Position numbers and translations under genes: made by a program
Shown: positions 19,241-27,277 of the stretch, one piece after another
Layout: each line of letters begins with the position of its first letter
How positions within the stretch are numbered: the first letter of the stretch is position 1
Notes under the pieces: generated by a model
The model's database searches: none
What the model saw: the letters and a program-made list of their open reading frames with translations, nothing else
Told to the model about the DNA's origin: nothing
Assembly: GCA_020073145.1 (NCBI GenBank)
Contig: JAIQFS010000012.1
Coordinates: forward strand, 106,961-170,960
DNA length: 64,000 bases
Origin: Terriglobia bacterium
GTDB taxonomy: Bacteria; Acidobacteriota; Terriglobia; Bryobacterales; Bryobacteraceae
Reading direction: 5' to 3'

Positions 19241-19268
19241 AAATCAGGAAAACTTGCTGGCCAGCAAG
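19241..19268 (-). terminator. Possible intrinsic terminator (minus strand)
   Basis: On the minus strand, the 16-nt palindrome CTTGCTGGCCAGCAAG is followed by TTTTCCTGATTT. The stem is short, about 6 bp with a 4-nt loop. Confidence 0.3.
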
Positions 19269-19648
19269 CGTTGCATTGTAGTGGAACTGAACTTCCCGTA
19301 GGGCCGTGAACGCCCGTACGGCTGAGCGCTTCCGCAGACGCGGTCGGCGGGAAGAATTTGGAAGGTCTTCCATCACACCCGGTGGAGTGCGGATAGCTAT
19401 GATTGTCGTCCCATCGGATATCAGAGAGTCAAGCATCGAATCGGCGGAGTAAACGTAGCGCCACAAAGCGATTCCAATGCTCCCTGAAGATGCGATTTAA
19501 TCCATCGGGCGGTCCACAACGCACGGCGATAAGTCCGCGAGACCTGGTCTCGTAGCCGGGCCGCCCCGCAGCAACGCCACAGTTCTCTCCCCACCGCGCA
19601 GCCGACGTGTCTCCAAAAATAAAAGACGCGCGCAGCGCCACCTCCCTA

Positions 19649-19697
19649 CTTTTGCCTTTTGCCCTTTGCCTTTTGATTTTTGATTTTTGATTTTTGG
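19649..19697. repeat. Seven tandem heptamers YTTTTGM (T-rich microsatellite)
   Basis: The units are cttttgc cttttgc cctttgc cttttga tttttga tttttga tttttgg. This is an AT-rich island in a GC-rich genome. It ends 28 nt upstream of a TTGACA box. Confidence 0.9.
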
Positions 19698-19724
19698 CCG
19701 CCGGAAGCCAACCGGGGAACCCGC

Positions 19725-19754
19725 TTGACAGGGCGAAGCCGCCCGGAGTAGACT
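19725..19754 (+). promoter_or_regulatory. Putative sigma70-type promoter of the sulfotransferase gene
   Basis: TTGACA (19725-19730), an 18-nt spacer, then TAGACT (19749-19754). It lies about 32 nt upstream of the 19786 start. Confidence 0.35.
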
Positions 19755-19785
19755 CCATCTTCCCTGGATTCATGACACCCCATAG

Positions 19786-20817
19786 GTGACTATGTCCACT
19801 GCCGTTTCACCCACGCGCGAATCCACCGTGCCTCCGTTCCGGCGCCAGCCGCCGCCGATGCTCATTCGTTGTCTGTTTGGCTTCTGGATCTACGCCATTT
19901 TCGCGCCCCTGATGTGGGTTTTCGAAAGAATGGGACGCGGGGACCGGCTCCTCACCTCCAGAGGCACGCGCCGCCGCAAACGCCTGGAAGAGAAGAATCC
20001 GTTTCGCGGTTATGTCGCCACGAAGCATGACGTCTTTGTGGCTACGTATGCCAAGAGCGGCACCAACTGGATGATGCAGATCGCACACCAGCTCCTCTTT
20101 CACGGGAAAGGCGAATTCGACCACATTCACTCGGTGGTTCCGTGGCCGGATACCAAGGCGATGGGGCCGATGAGCAAGTACGCCATCCCCGTGGAAGACG
20201 ACTCAGTCTGGAAGGCGTCGCCCGAACAGAAGCGCGTCATCAAAACGCACTTCGACTGGAGCCTGTTGCCGTACTCGGAAGACGCGCGCTACATCGCGGT
20301 GATCCGCGACCCGAAGGATATTTTTGTGTCCAACTACCACTTCATCCGCCAGGTCCTCGGCCCGGCCATGCCCTCGGTGGACACCTGGTTCCGGCTCTTT
20401 CTGTCCGACAACTTCGTGCTCGGCGGGTCCTGGGCCGTCAACGCCGCCGGCTATTGGGCCGAGCGCCATCGCCCCAACGTGCTCGTGGTTTCGTTTAAGG
20501 CAATGAAGCGCGATCTGGCGGGAACCGTGCGCCGCGTCGCCGAATTCCTCGATGTCCACCCATCCGAAGACATCCTCGCCGAAGTCTGCGAAAAGTCTTC
20601 GTTTGCCTACATGAAGCGCAACGACGACAAGTTCTGCATGTGGCAGATCAACCCCTGGGGCAAGCCCGTCGAGATGGTGCGCAAAGGGACACAAGGCGGT
20701 TCCTCGGAACTGCTCACCCCCACGCAGCAGCGCGAAATGGACGCCTACTTCACCGCCGAACTGAAGCGATTAGGCTCAGACCTACCCTACGAGCAATTCT
20801 GCGATCTCACGAAATAA
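19786..20817 (+). CDS. PAPS-dependent sulfotransferase (Sulfotransfer_1/cytosolic SULT-like) with N-terminal hydrophobic segment
   Basis: 343 aa. The 5'-PSB loop is TYAKSGTNWMMQ. The 3'-PB motif is VIRDPKDIFVSNYHF. The C-terminal motif is RKGTQGGSSELLT. The N-terminal hydrophobic helix is MLIRCLFGFWIYAIFAPLMWVF. The start is GTG at 19786 or ATG at 19792. Confidence 0.75.
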   Translation: MTMSTAVSPTRESTVPPFRRQPPPMLIRCLFGFWIYAIFAPLMWVFERMGRGDRLLTSRGTRRRKRLEEKNPFRGYVATKHDVFVATYAKSGTNWMMQIAHQLLFHGKGEFDHIHSVVPWPDTKAMGPMSKYAIPVEDDSVWKASPEQKRVIKTHFDWSLLPYSEDARYIAVIRDPKDIFVSNYHFIRQVLGPAMPSVDTWFRLFLSDNFVLGGSWAVNAAGYWAERHRPNVLVVSFKAMKRDLAGTVRRVAEFLDVHPSEDILAEVCEKSSFAYMKRNDDKFCMWQINPWGKPVEMVRKGTQGGSSELLTPTQQREMDAYFTAELKRLGSDLPYEQFCDLTK

Positions 20818-21457
20818 TCCCCTTCCGCACCGCGTACAGAATCAGCTCCGGCACGCTGTGCAGACCCAGCTTCTGCAGTATGTGGGCGCGGTGGGTCTCC
20901 ACCGTGGTCGAGCTGATGTTCAGCAAACCGGCCACTTCTTTGTTGCTCTTGCCCTCGGCCACCAGTTGGAGCACTTCGCGTTCGCGGTCCGTGAGCAGGT
21001 CGTAGCTGTCGTCCAAACCTCGGCTTTCCAGTTGGCGGACGTAGTCTTCCTGCAGCATCCGGCTGACTTTGCGCGTCAGGAACGAGCGGCCTTGCGCGAC
21101 CGCGCGGATGGCATCGATCACGTCGCTGCGCAGCGAGTCCTTGAGCAGATAGCCCTTGGCCCCCGCCTTCAGCGAGCGCAGCACGTAGCTCTCGTCCTGA
21201 TGCATGCTGAGCATGACCACGGCCGTCTCCGGGTTGGCGGCCAGGATGCGGCGCGTGGCTTCAATGCCGTTCAGGTTCGGCATGGCAATGTCCATCACCA
21301 CCACGTCCGGAGACTGCTCTTCGGCCAGCCGGATGCTGTCGCGGCCATCGGCGGCTTCCGCCACCACCAACATGTCGGGCTGCTTCTCCAGCAGGGCGCG
21401 TAAGCCGTCGCGCACCACCGTGTGGTCGTCAGCCAACAAAATGCGAATGGGCGTCAC
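20807..21457 (-). CDS. NarL/LuxR-family response regulator
   Basis: 216 aa with a GTG start. REC motifs are ILLADDH and VVVMDIAMPNLNG. The LuxR helix-turn-helix is LTDREREVLQLVAEGKSNKEVAGLLNISSTTVETH. Confidence 0.88.
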   Translation of the reverse strand: MTPIRILLADDHTVVRDGLRALLEKQPDMLVVAEAADGRDSIRLAEEQSPDVVVMDIAMPNLNGIEATRRILAANPETAVVMLSMHQDESYVLRSLKAGAKGYLLKDSLRSDVIDAIRAVAQGRSFLTRKVSRMLQEDYVRQLESRGLDDSYDLLTDREREVLQLVAEGKSNKEVAGLLNISSTTVETHRAHILQKLGLHSVPELILYAVRKGIIS

Positions 21458-22868
21458 GTCCGGCGTTCTCTTCCTCGAGTTCGGCCACGGGCAGTTCGGC
21501 TGAGATCAGGGTTCCTCGTCCCAGCTGCGAGTCGATCTGGAAGCGGCCGCCCAGCCGGCGCACCCGCTCCTCCATCCCCAGCAGGCCCATGCCCCGCACA
21601 AAGCGGGTATCGAAGCCCGCTCCGTCGTCGCGCACCGTCAGCAGCACGCGGCGGCTTTCGCGCTTCACCGTCACTTCCACCGTGCGCGCGCTGCCGTGCC
21701 GGGCCGCGTTGTTCACGGCTTCCTGCACCAGCCGGTAGATGCACGTTTTGTGTTCGTCGGGAAGGTCGCCCGTATCGTCATCGGCCGAAACCGCGATCTT
21801 CAGCCCCGTGCGTTTGGCGGTTTCCCGCGCGTGCCAGTTCAACGCCGGAATTAAACCGAAGTCATCCAGCATAGACGGGCGCAGCAACAGCGCCAGGTTG
21901 CGAACTTCGTTGACCGTCCGCTGCGCCAGCGTTCGGATGGATTGCAGATGGTCCCTGGTCTCATGGCCGTCCTCGGCGCACACCGCGCTCTCGGCCTCCA
22001 TCAGAATGGCGGAGAGCGACTGGCCAATCTCGTCATGTAACTCGCGCGCCAGCGAGCGGCGCTCATTCTCCTGCGCGCGCAGAAGCCGCGCGGAGAGTTC
22101 CTGCAAATCGGCGCGCGCCCGGGTGTTTTCCTCCAGCCGCCGCTCCAGTTCCCGGTCCAGCCGCAGCGTGTAAACCACCGCCGCCAGCGCCAGCACCAGC
22201 CCGCCCGCCAGGGTGAAGACAAACGTGAGGATCAGCGAACGCCGTAGGCCGTCCGAGGAGGCGGCCAGCCTCTGCTCCGCGCGGTCCAGACCCCGCTCGT
22301 TCACCGTCGCGATCCGGTCCGCGATCTGCAGCATCGCGGTCCGGCGCGGCACCAGCTCGTCGTAGAAGAACGAGTACCGCAGCCGGTTTCGTTCCGGTAC
22401 CGACCACGCCAGCGTCCGGTCCAGCACCCGCCAGTAGGCCTCGATCTCCGACTGCAGGGCCACGAACGGTTGTCGCTCCTCGCTCTCCAGAGCCCGCGAA
22501 TACCGTTGCAGAATCTCGCGGGTTTCCCGTTCGAGTCCCGCCAGGCGCGTCGCCTCTGCCCGTTCCCCGTTCGGATCGGGCGAGAGCAAAAAATCGCGCA
22601 CGTACGTTCCCGACAGGTAGATTTGCGCCCGGATCTGGTCGAGAGCGCCGATCCGTTCCAGGAAGGCCTTGCGGGACTGCGTCTCGTCGTTGCGGACGTG
22701 ATTCAGCTCCACCAGCGTCCCGGTAGCCGCGCCGATTACGCACACCAGCAGACCGCCAAATCCAAATGACAACACCAGCCACGGCGGCCAGCGGCGCTTC
22801 ACGCCCCCGGCGCCCTCTCGGACGGCGGACCCGGTTGGCTGTCGCGGCAAATAATCTCCCCCTCTCAA
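21429..22868 (-). CDS. Sensor histidine kinase (HisKA_3/NarX-LiaS type) with periplasmic helical sensor
   Basis: 479 aa. Two TM helices flank a helical sensor domain of about 170 aa. The H-box is ENERRSLARELHDEIGQSLSAI. The HATPase motifs are VQEAVNNAARH, DDGAGF and GMGLLGMEERV. It overlaps the regulator start by 29 nt. Confidence 0.85.
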   Translation of the reverse strand: MRGGDYLPRQPTGSAVREGAGGVKRRWPPWLVLSFGFGGLLVCVIGAATGTLVELNHVRNDETQSRKAFLERIGALDQIRAQIYLSGTYVRDFLLSPDPNGERAEATRLAGLERETREILQRYSRALESEERQPFVALQSEIEAYWRVLDRTLAWSVPERNRLRYSFFYDELVPRRTAMLQIADRIATVNERGLDRAEQRLAASSDGLRRSLILTFVFTLAGGLVLALAAVVYTLRLDRELERRLEENTRARADLQELSARLLRAQENERRSLARELHDEIGQSLSAILMEAESAVCAEDGHETRDHLQSIRTLAQRTVNEVRNLALLLRPSMLDDFGLIPALNWHARETAKRTGLKIAVSADDDTGDLPDEHKTCIYRLVQEAVNNAARHGSARTVEVTVKRESRRVLLTVRDDGAGFDTRFVRGMGLLGMEERVRRLGGRFQIDSQLGRGTLISAELPVAELEEENAGRDAHSHFVG

Positions 22869-22967
22869 GTGTAGTCGAGCCTCCCGGACGGCAGAATCCT
22901 GTCCGAACAGGATGGGACTCGGGCCAGGAAAACGGTATCAGTAGTGAGGAGGAAGCAAATCGACGCC

Positions 22968-23570
22968 ATGAAGCAAACTCGCCCGCTGTTTTTGGTCGCA
23001 GTCGCCGCCATCGCGGCCCTGGGAGCGGCCTGTACGAAGAAAGTGGCCGTAGCCACGCCCCCGGCTGCTCCGGCAGCGGCCCCGGCCCGGACGGCGGCTA
23101 GAGCCTCCACGCCAGCCCGGAGACCCGCGGCGGCCCCGGTTCGTTCCGCGGCCGCCGCTCCCGCCCCGCGCTATCCCAGCGCCGCCACCCGGGCGCGCAT
23201 CGACGAATTGCTGGCCAAGATTGAGGACGCCTACTTCGACTACGACAAGCACAGCTTGCGTCCCGATGCCATCACCGCGTTGCAGTCCGACTCCACCGAA
23301 CTGCGGGACATCCTCAAGGACTACCCCACATATAAGTTGACTATCGAAGGTCACTGCGACGAGCGCGGCTCGGCCGAGTACAACGTGGCCCTCGGCGATG
23401 CCCGGGCTCAGGCCGCCAAGGACTACCTGGCGCAGGTGGGGATCCCGTCCGCCCAGCTTTCTCTGGTCAGCTACGGCAAAGAACACCCGGTCTGTGAAGA
23501 CCACGACGAGGCCTGCTGGCAGAAGAATCGCCGAATCCACATCGTGGCCATGGCGCAGCCCCCGCGCTGA
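22968..23570 (+). CDS. pal: Peptidoglycan-associated lipoprotein (Pal/OmpA family)
   Basis: Start at MKQTRPLFLVAVAAIAALGAAC (lipobox). A Pro/Ala-rich linker follows. The OmpA domain reads IEGHCDERGSAEYNVALGDARAQAAKDYL...NRRIHIV. Confidence 0.8.
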   Translation: MKQTRPLFLVAVAAIAALGAACTKKVAVATPPAAPAAAPARTAARASTPARRPAAAPVRSAAAAPAPRYPSAATRARIDELLAKIEDAYFDYDKHSLRPDAITALQSDSTELRDILKDYPTYKLTIEGHCDERGSAEYNVALGDARAQAAKDYLAQVGIPSAQLSLVSYGKEHPVCEDHDEACWQKNRRIHIVAMAQPPR

Positions 23571-23659
23571 CGGTCGGGCGTATACCAGATCACACGCAAG
23601 ACCCTCTCCGACGACCGATTGCGTCGTTAGCAGCGTAAGATGGACTCAATGGAAGTGTC

Positions 23660-26491
23660 GTGATGGCGACCCGCGCCCGCACTAAGCCAGCCTACAGTCA
23701 TCGGTACGAAGATCAGGCCCTCCTTGTCCTGACCTTGATCATCGGGGCTGTGGTCGGCTTGGTGGTGGTCGCGTTCATACTTCTGACGGAAAACCTGGGT
23801 TCTCGGCTTTACCCGCCCGGGAGCGCTGCGTGGCGCCGGATCCTGACACCTTTGGTAGGGGCGGTCGGCACTGGATTCCTGCTGTACAAGTATTTCCCCA
23901 ACGCCCGCGGCAGCGGCATTCCACAGACCAAGACCGCGCTGTTTCTCAACGAAGGTTTCATCAGCATGCGCACCGTGCTGGGGAAGTTCGGCCTCTGTTC
24001 GGTCTCCCTGGCGTCGGGAATCGCTCTCGGCCGTGAGGGTCCGTCGGTGCAGGTGGGTGCGGGGATTGCCTCCGCGCTGGGCCGCCGGCTGGGCCTCACC
24101 GCCCATAGTGTGAAGTCGCTGGTGCCCGCCGGAGCCACGGCGGCCTTGGCCGCGGCGTTCAACACGCCCATCTCCGCCGTCCTCTTCTCCCTGGAAGAGG
24201 TCATGGGGGACATGCATGCGCCCATCCTGGGTTCCATCGTCCTCAGCTCGGCTACTTCGTGGATCGTGTTGCACCTGGTGCTGGGCGATGAACCTCTCTT
24301 CCATGTGCCGGCCTATCAGTTGGTCCACCCGGTGGAATTCATCTTCTACGCCGTGCTGGGTGTGATCGGCGGCCTGGTCTCGGTAGCGTTTGTCAAGCTG
24401 CTGCTCTGGCAGCGCAAGCACTTCCTCGCCATGCCGCCATCCATGCAGTGGTTTCTGCCAGGCGTGGGCGGCTTGACGGTGGGGCTGCTCGGGTGGTTCT
24501 ATCCTCAGGTGCTCGGAGTCGGCTACAGCGTGGTGGATCAGGCGCTGAACGGAAAACTGCTGGTGGGCGCGATGGCCGTGCTGGTTTGCCTGAAGCTGGT
24601 GGCCACGGCCACCTGTTATGCATCCGGAAACGCCGGAGGTATCTTCGGCCCCAGCCTGTTCATCGGCGCCATGATGGGCGGCGCGGTCGGCGGTGTGGCC
24701 CATATCCTGGCCCCGGATTACACGGGCAGCGTCGGCGCCTATGCCCTCGTCGGCATGGGCACGGCCTTCGCCGGAATCGTCCGCGTCCCGATGACCTCGG
24801 TCATCATGATTTTCGAAATCACCCGCGATTATTCCATCATCGTGCCGTTGATGATCGCCAACCTGATCAGCTATTTCCTCTCCAGCAAGCTCCAGGACGA
24901 GCCGATCTACGAGGCCCTGCAACATCAGGATGGCGTTCATCTGCCCAGCGGCGCCAAGGCGCGGGAGGCCCTCCTGATGGTGGGCCAGGCATTCCGTCCG
25001 GACGCGCCGGTGCTGGCGGCCAACGAGTCGATCCGTCAGGCCGCGGCGTCGGTCGACCGCGAGCGTGGCGCCTGGGCCGTCGTCGGCGAACTCGGGTTGC
25101 GCGGCATGGTTACCGAGAGCCAGTTGGATCAGGCCATCTCGGCCCACCTCGGCGGTGAGCCGGTCAGCCGTCTGATTCCCGAACCCGGCCCCATCGACAC
25201 GCTGACCTTCGAAGGCTTTCCTCATCTTCATCCCGACCACCCACTCGAGTTCGCCATGCGCCGGATGGCCGAGACCGGCTTGCAGGTTTTGCCGGTGGTG
25301 AGCCGCGCCAACATCCGCGAGTTGAAGGGCACCGTTTCCGTTGCGGATATTTTGGCCGCCTACGGTAATGAGCGGACCCCGGAGCCGGAAGCCGAAGACG
25401 GAACTTCGCGCAAACTCATTCCTCTCTCGGTGCTCGGCGGCGTGCTGGCCGCTTTCGCCGGTCTCGCAATTTTAGCCGGCTTTCTCAACTATTATTACCG
25501 CACCGAGCGCGCGGGGCAGGCGCAAGCGGCCTACCAGTCCGGCAACCAACTGCTGGCGACGGGCCGCTCCGAAGAGGCCGTCGAGCAATTCCGCAAGGCC
25601 CTCTCGGTTTCTCACAGCGCCGACTACCGGCTGGCGCTCGGGCTGGCTCTGGTGAGCGCCGGCCATCTGAACGAGGCGTCCAGCTATTTGGACGAGGTGC
25701 TGCGCGACCGCCCGCAAAGCGGCCCCGCGAATCTGGGACTCGCCCGAGTGCTGGCGCAACAGGGAAGAACCGACGATGCGGTGCTTCGGTTCCAACGCGC
25801 GGCCTTGGGCGCGTGGCCGCAAAAGCCCTCGGAAAACCGGATTCAGGCGCGGATCGAGTTGGTGGAGACGCTGGCCAAGGCCGGCCGCAACCCCCAAGCG
25901 AAGGCGGAGCTGCTATCGCTGGCGGCGCAAGTGCCCAACGAACCTGCCACCCAGGAGCGGGTCGGCCGGATGCTCGCTGATTTCGAAATGCCAAAGGAAT
26001 CGGCGGATCTGTATCGCGACATCGTGAAGCACAATCCGCAGGACACCGCGGCTTACGCAGGCCTCGGCGAGGCGCAGTTCCGGCTGGGAGACTGCGTGGA
26101 GGCCCGCGAAGCCTTTCGCCAGGTTTTGAAGAGCGACCCGGCCAACCAGAAAGCCTCCGGCCGCGTCGATGCGTGCGACCGCATCCTGGCTCTCGATCCG
26201 ACGCTGCGCGGCTTGAGTGCGGCGGAGCGGTTCCGGCGAAGCCTGCAAATTCTCGAGCAGACCCTCGCGGAACTCAGTTCGTGCGCGGCAGCTTCGTCCG
26301 CGAACGACGACGCGCGGACCGCGCGGGCGGCGCTCGCGAACAAGCGACGCCCGTCGTCGTATAGCGATGCCGCCGAGTCGAATCTTACGCTGGCCGGGCG
26401 TCTGTGGTCGCTGCGTCTGAGCTCGTGCAGCCCGAAGCCGGCAGCGGAAGATCCGTTCAGCTTGATCATGACCAAGCTGGCGAACCGGTGA
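23660..26491 (+). CDS. ClC-family chloride channel/antiporter fused to a CBS pair, an extra TM helix and a TPR domain
   Basis: 943 aa. ClC motifs are GSGIPQ, GREGPSVQ and GGIFGPSLFIGA. A CBS-like region spans about aa 440-580. An extra TM helix reads LIPLSVLGGVLAAFAGLAILAGFLNYYY. About 300 aa of TPR-like repeats follow (AYQSGNQLLATGRSEEAVEQFRKAL...). Confidence 0.8.
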   Translation: MMATRARTKPAYSHRYEDQALLVLTLIIGAVVGLVVVAFILLTENLGSRLYPPGSAAWRRILTPLVGAVGTGFLLYKYFPNARGSGIPQTKTALFLNEGFISMRTVLGKFGLCSVSLASGIALGREGPSVQVGAGIASALGRRLGLTAHSVKSLVPAGATAALAAAFNTPISAVLFSLEEVMGDMHAPILGSIVLSSATSWIVLHLVLGDEPLFHVPAYQLVHPVEFIFYAVLGVIGGLVSVAFVKLLLWQRKHFLAMPPSMQWFLPGVGGLTVGLLGWFYPQVLGVGYSVVDQALNGKLLVGAMAVLVCLKLVATATCYASGNAGGIFGPSLFIGAMMGGAVGGVAHILAPDYTGSVGAYALVGMGTAFAGIVRVPMTSVIMIFEITRDYSIIVPLMIANLISYFLSSKLQDEPIYEALQHQDGVHLPSGAKAREALLMVGQAFRPDAPVLAANESIRQAAASVDRERGAWAVVGELGLRGMVTESQLDQAISAHLGGEPVSRLIPEPGPIDTLTFEGFPHLHPDHPLEFAMRRMAETGLQVLPVVSRANIRELKGTVSVADILAAYGNERTPEPEAEDGTSRKLIPLSVLGGVLAAFAGLAILAGFLNYYYRTERAGQAQAAYQSGNQLLATGRSEEAVEQFRKALSVSHSADYRLALGLALVSAGHLNEASSYLDEVLRDRPQSGPANLGLARVLAQQGRTDDAVLRFQRAALGAWPQKPSENRIQARIELVETLAKAGRNPQAKAELLSLAAQVPNEPATQERVGRMLADFEMPKESADLYRDIVKHNPQDTAAYAGLGEAQFRLGDCVEAREAFRQVLKSDPANQKASGRVDACDRILALDPTLRGLSAAERFRRSLQILEQTLAELSSCAAASSANDDARTARAALANKRRPSSYSDAAESNLTLAGRLWSLRLSSCSPKPAAEDPFSLIMTKLANR

Positions 26492-26509
26492 TGCCAAACA
26501 GGGTCCGGG

Positions 26510-27277
26510 TCACGTCCGGCCGGCGAATGTCCCGCCTCCTGGAGCGATCAGAATCCGCAGCAATTCGTCAATCTCTTCCTGTCCGCGGAGGAAATAGCCG
26601 GCCTGGGAGCTGAGCCTCCGCCCCACCCGAATGGTGAACAGATGCACGCCCTGTGTCAGAGAGAATACGTCTTCGTCCGTCTCGTCGTCTCCCACGTAGA
26701 CAGCCCGGGTGTACCCCATGCGGGCCAGCTCCTCTTGCAGGGCCGTGCCTTTGTTCGGAGCGTTCTTGGGAACCAGGTTGAGAGCCTGCTTGCCGCCAAT
26801 TAGACGAACCCCGGGGAGCCGCCGGACCGTTTTCAGAATCTCCGAGCGGGCCCGGGTCTTCCATCGGCACTGCCGGTAGTGCACCGTGACCGAAACAATC
26901 TTGTTCTCGATTCGGACACCGGGCAGAGCCGAAAGGTCGTGAGCGAGACTCTCCCTCCAAATCGCGACCTGGCGGCGGACGCTGTCCGCGCCGTCCCAGG
27001 GCTCGGCTCCGTGGTTGCCAATGATGCGCCGGATCCCGGTTCCGACCAGCTTACCGCGAAGATCCTCGCGGGACCGTCCGGAGACCACGATGCATGGATG
27101 GGCTGCCGCAAGTTGCCCGAGAAGCCGGCGCGTACCGGCTCGCATCCGTGCCCGATCCGGGTCTTCGACAATCGGCGCCAGTGTTCCGTCAAAGTCGAAA
27201 GCCAGAAGCACCTGGGACCTCAGGAAGCGCTGGATGATGTCCCGGGATTCGTGCGACAGCACCCACCGCACGGTCAC
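26510..27277 (-). CDS. otsB: Trehalose-6-phosphate phosphatase
   Basis: 255 aa. HAD motif I is LLAFDFDGTLAPI. VSGRS and YVGDDETDEDVF are also present. Its start overlaps the otsA stop by 4 nt. Confidence 0.85.
   Translation of the reverse strand: MTVRWVLSHESRDIIQRFLRSQVLLAFDFDGTLAPIVEDPDRARMRAGTRRLLGQLAAAHPCIVVSGRSREDLRGKLVGTGIRRIIGNHGAEPWDGADSVRRQVAIWRESLAHDLSALPGVRIENKIVSVTVHYRQCRWKTRARSEILKTVRRLPGVRLIGGKQALNLVPKNAPNKGTALQEELARMGYTRAVYVGDDETDEDVFSLTQGVHLFTIRVGRRLSSQAGYFLRGQEEIDELLRILIAPGGGTFAGRT

Noticed and set aside
19429-19773. 114-aa minus-strand ORF that covers the heptamer repeat, which it would translate as KNQKSKIKRQRAKGK. The 77-aa ORF at 19233-19466 is a related case.
   Set aside because: The frame is created by a low-complexity repeat. 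It has no RBS and no family resemblance. I treated the region as non-coding or regulatory.
23571-23659. Looked for a fluoride (crcB-motif) riboswitch upstream of the ClC gene.
   Set aside because: I found no match to the conserved GGCGATGG...AACCGCC...CTGATGATGCC-type core as I remember it.
23627-25240. 537-aa minus-strand ORF.
   Set aside because: It lies antisense to the ClC channel gene. It is His/Arg/Gly-rich with no recognisable domain.
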